DNA from: a virus
IMG/VR virus record: IMGVR_UViG_3300037110_000161
Coordinates: 1 to 64,000 of that record
Direction: 5' to 3' (one strand)
Length of the DNA: 64,000 nucleotides
In this document: piece after piece, positions 9,094-18,294 of the stretch
Numbering within the stretch: position 1 is the stretch's first letter
Layout of the letters: each line of letters opens with the position of its first letter
The notes under the pieces: generated by a model
Told to the model about the DNA's origin: nothing
What the model saw: the letters and a program-made list of their open reading frames with translations, nothing else
Databases searched by the model: none
Program-made: the position numbers and the translations under genes

Positions 9094-10125
9094 TTAGGCC
9101 ACCTGGACGCCGAATTGAGCGGCAGCCAGTGTGGCAGATGTCCACGCGGAAGCCGTGTTGGGATCAGTTTGGCAGACCCGCGATTGCGTGAGATAGGCCA
9201 TGCTACCGATCGACTGTGGCGTGCCGGCACTGGTGGCCACGCCTGACTTTATCAGGGTCTTGAGGCAGAAACTCTCGGCGTCCGTCTCGCGGCAATCCGT
9301 ATTGACTTGAATCCCCAGCACCGAAGGAGCCGACACCGGGTCTTGATAATTCCACAACTCTTCCGCGCCAGACTGATCCGTCTCCACGTAGCTTGCGTCG
9401 CTGTCCAGGGGATTTTCATCGACGTATCCGTAGTGGGCCCCGCTGCCGCTTCCGGTCCATCCGGCCGCGTCTCCGGCAGCGTTCGGCAAGAGGAGGCCCA
9501 CCTGCACGTCGCCGAGAAAGTTGTTGTTCACCGGGCCGCTGTTGTCGCAGACGTACCAATCGTCATACGTCGGAATCCAGCCACCGGCTGCCGCGAGCGC
9601 GACAACATTATGGTAGTTGTCTGGACCGGCCTTGGTATTGACGCCGGTCAGCGAGAGCTTCGTCACGCCGTTGACCCGGACCTTGACGGTGCCCGCTGTG
9701 GCATGGCACTTGACCTTCACCTCGACGTAGGACCAGGTGCCCTGCGCCAAGCCCGCTCCGCTGGTCGTTCCCAGCAGCGTGCCGTAATACCCGCAGACGA
9801 CCTGAATCTCACCGCTGCCGTTGTAGTTGAATGCTACGCCCTGCGTGGCCCCATCGAAAAGTTGAATGATTGGGCCACCGTTGTAATACGGATTGATGCC
9901 CAGGCCGCAAATCAGGGTGTCCGCGGTCGTGAGCGCGGCGGTGCGGATGACGAAGGAACCGCTGTCACCTCGCATGGCATAGCCGCCCAGGCGGCCCGCA
10001 CAGAGGACAGCATACTGCGGCACTAAGCTGTAAGGATACTTGCCGGCCAAGTAGGTGGCGGGCGTCGGCCCGCTGTTGATGCTGGTGCCCAGGGCCTCAA
10101 AGCCTTCGATCCAGAGTAGCGCCAT
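9094..10125 (-). CDS. Virion protein, putative lectin/LamG-like receptor-binding protein (paralog 1)
   Basis: Start MALLWIEGFE at 10125 with GAGG RBS; full-length similarity to 8055-9080 (shared NTKAG.DNYHN, NTDCR.TD, QFGV.V). Confidence 0.6.
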   Translation of the reverse strand: MALLWIEGFEALGTSINSGPTPATYLAGKYPYSLVPQYAVLCAGRLGGYAMRGDSGSFVIRTAALTTADTLICGLGINPYYNGGPIIQLFDGATQGVAFNYNGSGEIQVVCGYYGTLLGTTSGAGLAQGTWSYVEVKVKCHATAGTVKVRVNGVTKLSLTGVNTKAGPDNYHNVVALAAAGGWIPTYDDWYVCDNSGPVNNNFLGDVQVGLLLPNAAGDAAGWTGSGSGAHYGYVDENPLDSDASYVETDQSGAEELWNYQDPVSAPSVLGIQVNTDCRETDAESFCLKTLIKSGVATSAGTPQSIGSMAYLTQSRVCQTDPNTASAWTSATLAAAQFGVQVA

Positions 10126-10145
10126 GGCACGCCTCACACAAGAAC

Positions 10146-10183
10146 GGGGCCGGGCCAGCCGCACGAGCCACCGGCCCGGCCCC
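10146..10183 (-). terminator. Intergenic hairpin (terminator or mRNA stabiliser)
   Basis: 11-bp stem GGGGCCGGGCC/GGCCCGGCCCC followed on the minus strand by GTTCTT. Confidence 0.45.
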
Positions 10184-10202
10184 ACGAGGGAGAACACCAA
10201 AA

Positions 10203-10781
10203 TTACGCGCTGACCGTGTAGGTGACCTTCAACTGGTCGCCATTGGCCACGGTCACCGTGCCGCTGGCGAACTGGGCCTCGGCCCACAGCGTCCCGCCGC
10301 CGCTGTGGTCGTTCTTCGTGCTGGGGGCGGAACCGCCGCCGACCAGGAACAGGCCATAGACGCTCCCGGAACCGTTGATGTCGAAGACCGCGGGGCTGGC
10401 GTTGGTAACCGACTGGGCGGTGGACGTGGCATTGCCCCACCCCAGCCGCGTGGTCTCGGTAAAGGCCACGAACTCGTTCCAACCGTTGGTGCCCCCGATC
10501 TGGGCATAGGTGTCGCCGGCCGCCAGGGTCGGGGTCCCCGAGCCGTCGATCAGCCCGATGAACCACGCGGTAATCGGCGTGGCGGAGTTGAACATCACGT
10601 TGAAGAGCTTGTTCTTCCCCTCGTTGACGACAGAGTTGGGAAACTCGTACTGGCCGATTTTCTGCCCTTTGCGGAAGTGCTCGACCACGAACCGGCCGCG
10701 AGGTTGAAGGTGCTCTTCGATAGCGCGGGCACGGACCATCGAGCAACTGGCCGACTGCTGAACATTCGGGTTGTCGTTCAT
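10203..10781 (-). CDS. Minor tail / fibre-attachment structural protein
   Basis: 192 aa; EGKNKL...WFIGL...GDQLKVTYTVS pattern typical of small tail structural proteins; directly after the tape measure gene. Confidence 0.6.
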   Translation of the reverse strand: MNDNPNVQQSASCSMVRARAIEEHLQPRGRFVVEHFRKGQKIGQYEFPNSVVNEGKNKLFNVMFNSATPITAWFIGLIDGSGTPTLAAGDTYAQIGGTNGWNEFVAFTETTRLGWGNATSTAQSVTNASPAVFDINGSGSVYGLFLVGGGSAPSTKNDHSGGGTLWAEAQFASGTVTVANGDQLKVTYTVSA

Positions 10782-10855
10782 TGAATTTCCTCGTCAAGAA
10801 ATGAAGCGGGCCGCCTCGAAGCGGCCCACGAATTGCCCAGCCGGCTTGCCCGGCG

Positions 10856-13800
10856 TTACAGGATCGACGTGCCGCGGCGCAACTCGCGCCGCAGCTCGTT
10901 GGCGATGGACCGGGCCGTCTGCCGGCCCGTCCCGCCCCCCTCAACACGCACGTTGATGTCGCCGACGTTGGTGACGTGCCCTCCTTGGCTGTGGTAGGAG
11001 GGCTTTACCCCGGCATTCATCGCCGTGAGCTGGCTGGCAAACCGGCGGGTCGTGGCCGCGCTCATTACCATTTCCCCCGGCGAGAGCATGGCAGGGATCA
11101 CGTCCGTGCCCCGCGGGCGTCCGCCGCCCGCCAGAAAGGCCACACCGCCATGTGCAGCCGTCAGTTTTCCTTCCATACCGGGCGGCTGCACGTTGGCTGC
11201 CGCCTGGGCCAAGCGGCTCATGGCGTCACCGGCCGCCTGAATGGTGGCCAGGAACGTCTGCATTGCGCTGTTGCCCTCGCCGATGGCGGTCGTGATCTGC
11301 GAGACCTTATTGGTCACATCCCCGGCCTGCTTGCCGGCGTCGGGAAACTTTTGCTTCAAGGCGTCCATTCCCTGATTAGACTGCTGCATTTGCTGGCCAA
11401 GATTGGGGAACTTCTGCTGGATGCCGCGCAACCGCTCCGCGTAATCGAGCATTTCCTTCAAGCTCTTGAGATTCGCTTCCGTCGAACCCATGTGAAGGTC
11501 CAGCGACCAGGGCATGTTTTTCTTCAGGTCTTGGACCTTCTTCAGCAGGTCGTCCATGCCTTTGGCGTTGATCTGCATGGGATGCGACCGCATCTGCAAG
11601 ATCGTCTCGTTGATCTCGCGGAATTTCTTGGTCGCCACGTCCAGGTCGGCCTTCCCCGTGGTTCCGAACACGCCGGTGAGCATGTTCGCGCCAACCTTGA
11701 GCGCCTGGAACACGCCCACCGCGTCGTCCTTTTGGACCGCCATGTTGCCGGCGATCTGCCGCTGGCGACTGTCGATCTGCGCCAAGGCGTCGCGCTGATC
11801 GTCGTAGGCTTGCTTGACTTCCTTGCTCAGGGTCCGCTGCTGCGTGAGCGATTGCTCGGCCGCGTGGAACTGCTCCTCCATCGACTTCCCGGCCAGTTTG
11901 GACGGGTCACCGACGTAGACATCTAGCTTGATCTTGCCCAGGCCGGTAGTGATCCGCTGGTTCAACTCGGCGAGTTTCCCAGGGGCCACGAACAGGTCGC
12001 GGATCTCGGCCTTGGTGACCGCCCCCTCCATCGTCTCCCGCATCTTGCGTTTCATCGCGTCGAAGTTGAGCCAGTCGGAGACCTCCCACTTCTTGCCCGC
12101 GAACATCAGGTTTTGGAATTCCTGCAAGTCCTGCTTGGTCTTGGCGAGGGCCTTCTCGCGGTCTTCGCCCGCGAGGGGTTGGCCCTTCTTGTCGAACAGG
12201 TCCATCTGCTTGGCCACGTCCTTGGCCAACTCCCGCATCCGAGTGACGCGCTGTTCCTCGTCGGCCGCGGCCTTGGCTGCCGCCTGGGCCTGTGACTGCC
12301 GATTGGCCTGCAAAATCTTCTGTGCATCCAGTTGGCTTCGCAGTACCCACTCGATCGCCCGCTCGGCGTCCTCCTCGCCCATAGCGTCCTTCCGCCGCTG
12401 GGCGATCGACATCGCCTCTTGGGCGAACGCCTCCGCCCTCTTGTAGATGCTCTGCGCCACGTCCGTGTCCTGCGGCGTCTTGGCCTTCGCCATCTGCTCT
12501 TGGGCCTGGTGCGCCAACTGAAGGGCACGATTGGCATAGTCGGCCTGCTGGTCCCAGCCGCCCTTTCCATGCGTCTCGTTGAAGCGAAACTGCGTATCTG
12601 CCAAGGTGCCGGAGATTTCCTTGCTCCGCTTCACGGAATCCGTGACGGCCCGCTCGGCTTCCTGGGCCAGGTTCCGTAAGACGTGAACTTCCTTCTCCGC
12701 CTCTTCCACGATCTTGTTCATCGTGGCGTGCGAATCGTCCGTCAGCCGCTTGTTGTCTCCTTTGGTGTCGTCCACCATCTGGAAGTAGGCTTTGCGCTGC
12801 GCGGCCAGGGCTTGGTTCGCCCGTTGGACGATGGCCTGGTTGGCGCGGTCCTCTTCCTCAATCCGCCGCTGGGCGGCAGCCCGGACCATTTCCAGCCGCT
12901 CGTTCTCCGCGTTGCGGAAATCCTCTTCCACCTGCCGGATACTCTGGATGATCCGGGTGTTGGCGAAGTCGAAGGCGGCATAGGCTGTCAGACCCAGTAG
13001 CAGGCCGTTAACAGCGATACCCAGAGGACCGAGCCCCAGGGCCGCCAGGCGAGCATTCATCGCCATCGCGCCCATTGCCACGGCGAGACCGCCAAAGGCG
13101 GTCACGGCCGCGCCCAGCACGGGCACCAACGCCTTGATTGCCGCGCCCAGCGCGTCCGCCCCGCCCACGAAGCCCAGGAATTGATTGACCGCCTGGACGA
13201 TCGCGGCCCCCAGGTCCGTCGTCAGGAAGGTCTTCAGCTTGTTCATCTCGGTGAGCGTCTTCTGCGCGTCGCTGTCGATGAACAGCTTGTACTTCTCGTT
13301 GAACGCCGCCACGGTCATTTCGTGGAGGTGCTCCAGGGAGTCGGCCGTCCGCTTGCCGTCCTCGTCCGTCTCGCGCAGGGCACCGCTGATGGCCCGCACG
13401 TTGGGGATCAACTTGGCGAAGGCCGCCATGTTCTCGTCCGTGCTTTCTCGCAGCTTGAGCAGCGCGCCCTCCAGGCCCAGGGCGGCGATCATCTGCGGCC
13501 CGGACTCGAAGCCCAGGCTGCGCAGTTCCTTCGACAAGTCCTGGGAGGGCTTGATAAGGGCCATCATTGCCGAACGCAGCGCCGTGGCGGCCTCGGCCGG
13601 CTTCACGCCGGAAATGGTCAGCGTGACCATCATGGCGTTCAGCTCGTCCAGGCCCACGCCCAACTCGCTCGACACGGCCGTCACGCGGCCCAGCACCGAG
13701 GCCAGTTCCTCGCCCCGCACCCGGCCGACCTGGATCGTCCCAAAAAACTTCGCCGCCACTTCCTCCGCCTGGCTGGAACTCATGCGGTAGGAGTTCAATG

Positions 13801-14539
13801 TGCCGGCAACCAGGTTCACTGCCGCGCCGGCGTCCATCACGGCAACCTTGGACAGCTTAAAGGCCGCCGTGAGCACCTCGGCTTGCTGCGCGGTGCTCGT
13901 GAATTGGTTCGAGATCGCCTGGTACTGCGCCTCGGCGACTTGGGCCAGCGGGATGTTGAACTGCCGGGACAACTCGGCCAAGTGCTGCGAGATCGAATCA
14001 AGGCTGGTGCCCACGCCCGGCGCAACGGACTGAATCTCCGCCACGCGGGTCATAAATTGCAGGTTGGAGTCGAACGCCTCGTGCATCGCGTCACGCATGG
14101 CGCTGAGCGCGCGGACGATGGCCTGCGTCATTACGACGCGGCTCAAGGTCTCCCACGAGACGACGAAATGGGCCGCCGCCTTGTCGGCATCCTCGATCGG
14201 CGTCTTGTCGATCTGCGGCGTGACCTTCGGCACTTCTGTCGGCGTGACCGGCGCGGTTGCTTGGCCAGGAGTTTGCCCGGGGGCGGCGGCGCCGCTGGTC
14301 GACTGGGCGCTAAAAGCGGATTGCAGTTTCGCCATCGCGGTGGCGGCCGTATTGGCGCTACTGGCAATGTCCTTGAGGATTTGCACCGTCTCGGCGGCCT
14401 TGGTGTTCCAGGTCGCCATCGCGTCGCCCACGGAGCCCAGCCGGGCCTCGAAGCTGCCCAAGGCGCTGTCCATCTTCGCCAGCGCATCCAGTGCGGCACT
14501 GGCGTCGAAGCCCAGACTTTGGACAATTTCATCCGCCAT
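10856..14539 (-). CDS. Tail tape measure protein (TP901-like core)
   Basis: 1227 aa, Ala/Gln-rich helical protein with a central hydrophobic stretch and C-terminal GTDVIPAMLSPGE motif; follows the chaperone genes. Confidence 0.9.
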   Translation of the reverse strand: MADEIVQSLGFDASAALDALAKMDSALGSFEARLGSVGDAMATWNTKAAETVQILKDIASSANTAATAMAKLQSAFSAQSTSGAAAPGQTPGQATAPVTPTEVPKVTPQIDKTPIEDADKAAAHFVVSWETLSRVVMTQAIVRALSAMRDAMHEAFDSNLQFMTRVAEIQSVAPGVGTSLDSISQHLAELSRQFNIPLAQVAEAQYQAISNQFTSTAQQAEVLTAAFKLSKVAVMDAGAAVNLVAGTLNSYRMSSSQAEEVAAKFFGTIQVGRVRGEELASVLGRVTAVSSELGVGLDELNAMMVTLTISGVKPAEAATALRSAMMALIKPSQDLSKELRSLGFESGPQMIAALGLEGALLKLRESTDENMAAFAKLIPNVRAISGALRETDEDGKRTADSLEHLHEMTVAAFNEKYKLFIDSDAQKTLTEMNKLKTFLTTDLGAAIVQAVNQFLGFVGGADALGAAIKALVPVLGAAVTAFGGLAVAMGAMAMNARLAALGLGPLGIAVNGLLLGLTAYAAFDFANTRIIQSIRQVEEDFRNAENERLEMVRAAAQRRIEEEDRANQAIVQRANQALAAQRKAYFQMVDDTKGDNKRLTDDSHATMNKIVEEAEKEVHVLRNLAQEAERAVTDSVKRSKEISGTLADTQFRFNETHGKGGWDQQADYANRALQLAHQAQEQMAKAKTPQDTDVAQSIYKRAEAFAQEAMSIAQRRKDAMGEEDAERAIEWVLRSQLDAQKILQANRQSQAQAAAKAAADEEQRVTRMRELAKDVAKQMDLFDKKGQPLAGEDREKALAKTKQDLQEFQNLMFAGKKWEVSDWLNFDAMKRKMRETMEGAVTKAEIRDLFVAPGKLAELNQRITTGLGKIKLDVYVGDPSKLAGKSMEEQFHAAEQSLTQQRTLSKEVKQAYDDQRDALAQIDSRQRQIAGNMAVQKDDAVGVFQALKVGANMLTGVFGTTGKADLDVATKKFREINETILQMRSHPMQINAKGMDDLLKKVQDLKKNMPWSLDLHMGSTEANLKSLKEMLDYAERLRGIQQKFPNLGQQMQQSNQGMDALKQKFPDAGKQAGDVTNKVSQITTAIGEGNSAMQTFLATIQAAGDAMSRLAQAAANVQPPGMEGKLTAAHGGVAFLAGGGRPRGTDVIPAMLSPGEMVMSAATTRRFASQLTAMNAGVKPSYHSQGGHVTNVGDINVRVEGGGTGRQTARSIANELRRELRRGTSIL

Positions 14540-14542
14540 TGG

Positions 14543-15031
14543 CTACACCTTGATCTTCGTGACCTTCAGACAGGCAAAGGGATCGGGCAAACGCACGTTC
14601 TCCGCGAACTTGCGGAACGCCGTCTCTCCCTTCTTCTGAAAGTCGTAGGGACCGGGCTTCTTGAGGTGGAAGCCCCATTGCGTGGCGTCCGCGACCTCAT
14701 TGATGCACAACCAAGGCAGCGTGGTTGAGTAATTGAAAACGTAGCGGCCCTTCATCGCGTCGGTTTCCAGAGAACCGCTGCTCTCCGCCATCCCGCGACC
14801 GACGCGGCTAGGGGCCACCGGCGAAATCGGGATGTTGTACTCGATGTTGCGGGCAAGCGCCAGGAACGTGGCCCGCGATGCGCCGCTCCACACCGGCACC
14901 TCCGCCAGCACGGTGGCTTCCAACCACTGCATGATCGCCTGGGCGATGTCCTCCCGCAGTTGCCTGTCCAGCACCCGGCGGTACTTGTCTAAGTCGATGC
15001 GGGGGGCGCGAAGGGTGCCGGTGAATTTCAT
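14543..15031 (-). CDS. Tail completion protein, HK97 gp10-like
   Basis: EVPVWSGASR resembles the PVxTG motif of gp10-like proteins; 162 aa. Confidence 0.5.
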   Translation of the reverse strand: MKFTGTLRAPRIDLDKYRRVLDRQLREDIAQAIMQWLEATVLAEVPVWSGASRATFLALARNIEYNIPISPVAPSRVGRGMAESSGSLETDAMKGRYVFNYSTTLPWLCINEVADATQWGFHLKKPGPYDFQKKGETAFRKFAENVRLPDPFACLKVTKIKV

Positions 15032-15047
15032 GGTCAGGGACCTCCGC

Positions 15048-15724
15048 TCATTCGGCGGCAAAGGGCATCCTTGCCCCCAGCAGGCGAGCCTCCCGCTCGG
15101 ACTCGTCGTAAGCCCGCGTCTGGTCGAAGGCCACGATCAGGGCTTGCGTCTGGACGCCGCAATCGTCCCACGCGGGTTTTACGCCCGGCGGCAGGACGCC
15201 TAGGCGCTCGCAGGCGCACCAGACGGAGTATTCGGCGGTGCGGTGGGGAGGCCAGAGGATGCGACTTTCGCTGCCTCCCCAGCAAGAAAAACCTCGCGGG
15301 CTCGCTTGAGCTTGGCCTCGTCCAGGCAGTTGGCCTCCAAGACCAGGTTCATCACTCGCTGGCACTCGATGTCGCTCAGGCCGCCGCTGCGGAGGTCGGT
15401 GGACCAGTTCTTCCACGTGCTGGGATCGGCCAAGTTGACCGTATCCCACTCAACGTTGCTGGGCTCCAGCGATTTGGCAATCATGTAGCCGAGCCGCTTC
15501 TGGCCCCATTCGGACATGACCTGCTGGTACGTCGGGTCGTCGGCCAGCGGCACCCAGCCGTCGCGGGTCATCTTGCCCGGCGGCACGGGACGCGGGCAAA
15601 GGGCCTCGAAATCCTCCATGCTCGGCACAGGCCGGGCGCGGATCACAATCTCCTGCTCGCCGCGAGGCAGGACCAGGAACACTTCGGTGGGCAGGCTGTT
15701 GGGGTCGATACCGCCAATCTTCAT
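15048..15724 (-). CDS. Tail assembly chaperone GT fusion produced by a -1 frameshift
   Basis: The -1 frame is open from the slippery site to the stop at 15048 (…SCWGGSESRILWPPHRTAEYSVWCACERLGVLPP…). Confidence 0.7.
15200..15724 (-). CDS. Tail assembly chaperone (G-like)
   Basis: 174 aa between tail tube and tape measure; GGGAG RBS before MKIGGIDP. Confidence 0.75.
   Translation of the reverse strand: MKIGGIDPNSLPTEVFLVLPRGEQEIVIRARPVPSMEDFEALCPRPVPPGKMTRDGWVPLADDPTYQQVMSEWGQKRLGYMIAKSLEPSNVEWDTVNLADPSTWKNWSTDLRSGGLSDIECQRVMNLVLEANCLDEAKLKRAREVFLAGEAAKVASSGLPTAPPNTPSGAPASA
15244..15293 (-). promoter_or_regulatory. Programmed -1 ribosomal frameshift signal
   Basis: Slippery G GTT TTT (15293-15287), 5-nt spacer, then a perfect 9-bp stem TGGGGAGGC/GCCTCCCCA. 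Confidence 0.7.
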
Positions 15725-15760
15725 AGGTGTTCTCCCTCGATAGGTGCGAAAGACAAGATC

Positions 15761-15792
15761 GGCAGCGCCGGCGCTCGGATGCCGGCGCTGCC
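15761..15792 (-). terminator. Hairpin downstream of the major tail gene
   Basis: 12-bp stem GGCAGCGCCGGC/GCCGGCGCTGCC followed by ATCTTGTCTTT on the minus strand. Confidence 0.55.
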
Positions 15793-15847
15793 GGCTAGTC
15801 GGGTGGCTAGCAAAACCGGTCATTTGAGAAAGAGGACCGGGGAGTCG

Positions 15848-16924
15848 TTACACGTTGTCGCAGTCGGATCCGCGGTAGACGGTCGGCTCCTTGGCCATGC
15901 ACTTGCCGCTGAGCACGATGGTCGCCGCGTTATAGTTCATCTCGCGGGTCTCGGCCCGGAACATGGGGAACACGCTCGTCTCCCGATTGACCGGGGCGCA
16001 GGGCGGGTCGTATTCCACAATCACGTCGATGCAGTACGGCTCGCACTGGTCGGGCGAGGAACTGACCCACTCGACGGCGCTGTTGTGGCCTTTCAAGGCG
16101 TCCATCGGGCAGACGGCCTCACTGGTGCCGCTGGTGATGTGCTCGTACACGGCGTCGAGCTTCACGTCCATCGGCACGTCCTTCGGCTCGCGCACCGTGT
16201 CCAATAGTCCGCGGTCCAAGAGGTAGGTGTAGTCCCGATGCTCGGTGTAGGTCAGGTTCCCTTCGCCGATCTTGACGTTGATCTGCTGCGGCTTGAACGT
16301 GATGGCTGCACTGGCGGCATAGGTGCCCGCGCCCAAGGCAGGCGAGATGGTGATGCTGGTGGTGCCCCCGCCACCGCTCGGCGCGGTGCCGGCCACGGTC
16401 TCCGCGATGGCGACATAGGCGTCGGTGCCGATCAAGTTCGAGGTGTCCGCCGTCAGAGTGGCCTGCGGCGCATTGGCCAGCGTGCCTTGGAAGACCACTG
16501 TCCAGGAGCCGAGCGTCCCCGTCACGGCGACGTTCGACATCGCGCCCACCAGCGGTGCCAAGGCCGCCGCGACCGTCGTCGGATCAGCGTCGTAGGCAAT
16601 CTCCGTGGTCTGCGAGCCGCCCCACAAAAGCTTGAGCGTGCCGCCGGTGGCGTTGGTCACGGCCACCGTCTGCGTCTCATTCGCGCCGCCGGTGCCCGTG
16701 CCTTGCACGCGGGCGGTGACCGTATGGTCCACCGGATTCGTCTCGCCCACGATGCGGAGCCGAGCGCCCACGGGAACTGTTCCCGGGTTGAGGCTGTTGA
16801 GCGCCACCGACGTAAGGGTGAGGCTAGTCGCCCCGGCAACCGGCGCGGTCACGGGACCAACGGCGGTCCCCTTCAGGCCATCCTGGAAACGGATGGTGCA
16901 GTATTTCAGTTCAATGCGAGCCAT
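15848..16924 (-). CDS. Major tail (tube) protein with inserted accessory domain
   Basis: 358 aa; position upstream of the chaperones; Thr/Gly-rich insert NETQTVAVTNATGGT..., typical of tail-tube decoration domains. Confidence 0.75.
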   Translation of the reverse strand: MARIELKYCTIRFQDGLKGTAVGPVTAPVAGATSLTLTSVALNSLNPGTVPVGARLRIVGETNPVDHTVTARVQGTGTGGANETQTVAVTNATGGTLKLLWGGSQTTEIAYDADPTTVAAALAPLVGAMSNVAVTGTLGSWTVVFQGTLANAPQATLTADTSNLIGTDAYVAIAETVAGTAPSGGGGTTSITISPALGAGTYAASAAITFKPQQINVKIGEGNLTYTEHRDYTYLLDRGLLDTVREPKDVPMDVKLDAVYEHITSGTSEAVCPMDALKGHNSAVEWVSSSPDQCEPYCIDVIVEYDPPCAPVNRETSVFPMFRAETREMNYNAATIVLSGKCMAKEPTVYRGSDCDNV

Positions 16925-16944
16925 TGCTATGGGTCTCCTGTTGG

Positions 16945-17433
16945 CTAACTGTCGAAGTAACCGACGTAGCGGGCGTCGATCATCACCTGCTTCTGCCGGT
17001 CGGTCTGATCGGTCTGCCCGAAGTGGAAGATGCGCACGGCGTCGTTGCGTCCGGTGCGCGGTAGCAGGCAGCCGACGAAGCTGCCGTCGTCCCCCGGCTG
17101 AGCGCCGAGCCGCGTCACGGAGAGCGGGCCGTCCAACGCCGCGTGAAACTGCCCAACGATCTGGATGATGTCGTACTGGTTGGCGTTGATCTCATAGCGG
17201 CTGGTAAACAGCAGGTTGATGTCTACGCTGACCTCGTGGTAGTCGATGCTCAATTCCCGCGTGAAAGGGCCGGACATGCGAATCTCGACCCGGGCGGGGG
17301 CTTCCATGTAGGCGGTCGTCCGTTCGTCCAGACCCTCCACCAAAGCCGGGATATTGGCCTGCTGGGCAAGTTGCTTCATCAACGTCGCCACGGACGCAAA
17401 GGCCCACCGTGCCCAATTGGGATCGACCGCCAT
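16945..17433 (-). CDS. Tail terminator / neck protein
   Basis: 162 aa, immediately upstream of the tail tube gene. Confidence 0.55.
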   Translation of the reverse strand: MAVDPNWARWAFASVATLMKQLAQQANIPALVEGLDERTTAYMEAPARVEIRMSGPFTRELSIDYHEVSVDINLLFTSRYEINANQYDIIQIVGQFHAALDGPLSVTRLGAQPGDDGSFVGCLLPRTGRNDAVRIFHFGQTDQTDRQKQVMIDARYVGYFDS

Positions 17434-17441
17434 CGGAGCAC

Positions 17442-17954
17442 CTATGGACTGGTGAACGAGTTGTCTTGGAGCGTAAGCTGATCGGCTGTCGAGAGCCGCG
17501 TTATCCGCATGTCGCAGACTTCGACCCGCCCTTGGAGTTCCTTGGCGATCACCAGCCAGGCCCGGTGATATTCGTAGTCCGTCACGCTCTCGATGTCGTA
17601 GTGGCGATCGTTGAAGACGATCCAGTCGTCCTTCTTGAGCACGAGGTCCGGCGGGACTTCGCTGCGGTCGAATAGGAAGTGTCGGCCGCCGGTATCGAAG
17701 GAAGAGCCTTGTACAATCGCCCGGTTAGCGGTCATCGCCCCGGCGTTCTGCCGCACCTCCCGCTGACGCTTCTCAGGAAGCACCACCACGCGCTGCACCT
17801 TCCACTGCACGATCTGCCACTGCGTCTGGCCGCTGGTCGGGTCCGCCTGGACCTGCAACTTGCGGCGGACCACCACTGTCACGCCATGCTGGCGCTTGTG
17901 GACGTACATCGCCAGCCGCATGAAACGATCGTGGATCGGATTGGCCTGGTACAT
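17442..17954 (-). CDS. Head closure / neck protein
   Basis: 170 aa; DDWIVFNDRHYDIESV beta motif typical of head-tail joining proteins. Confidence 0.55.
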   Translation of the reverse strand: MYQANPIHDRFMRLAMYVHKRQHGVTVVVRRKLQVQADPTSGQTQWQIVQWKVQRVVVLPEKRQREVRQNAGAMTANRAIVQGSSFDTGGRHFLFDRSEVPPDLVLKKDDWIVFNDRHYDIESVTDYEYHRAWLVIAKELQGRVEVCDMRITRLSTADQLTLQDNSFTSP

Positions 17955-17958
17955 GGCG

Positions 17959-18228
17959 CTATCCTTCGGGGCACTTGTGTCGCAGGGGGCACTCGAAGCG
18001 GTCGCCCAGGGCCTTTTCCAGGCGTTCCATCATGGCCGTGTTCTGCGCGATTACGTCGGTGCAGCGCTCGACCATCGGCAGCAGCACGTCGCGCTGCTCG
18101 TCTTCCAGCTTCGTGATGCGGTCGCTCATTCGCAGTTCGCGGAGCCAGTTCTGCCAGAAGAAAAACGCCACCACGATCGCCAGTGGCCCGTACTGTTTCA
18201 GTAGCGGCCACAAGTAAGTCATGTCCAT
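17959..18228 (-). CDS. Small single-TM coiled-coil protein, holin-like
   Basis: GGAGG RBS; M-D-M start; QYGPLAIVVAFFFW TM segment followed by a coiled coil. Confidence 0.45.
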   Translation of the reverse strand: MDMTYLWPLLKQYGPLAIVVAFFFWQNWLRELRMSDRITKLEDEQRDVLLPMVERCTDVIAQNTAMMERLEKALGDRFECPLRHKCPEG

Positions 18229-18249
18229 GCCGACGCCTCCCTTCAAAGG

Positions 18250-18280
18250 CCGCCGGGCCGGGATGCCCCCGGCCCGGCGG
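18250..18280 (-). terminator. Hairpin after the capsid gene
   Basis: 12-bp stem CCGCCGGGCCGG/CCGGCCCGGCGG followed by CCTTT on the minus strand. Confidence 0.55.
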
Positions 18281-18294
18281 ATTGCACTGCCGAC

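Noticed and set aside
8055-10125. Diversity-generating retroelement or shufflon acting on the paralogous tail genes
   Set aside because: No reverse transcriptase, no adenine-specific TR/VR pair and no inverted crossover sites seen.
18220-18228. Lambda-type holin/antiholin dual start (M-D-M)
   Set aside because: The intervening residue is acidic rather than Lys and the holin call itself is weak.
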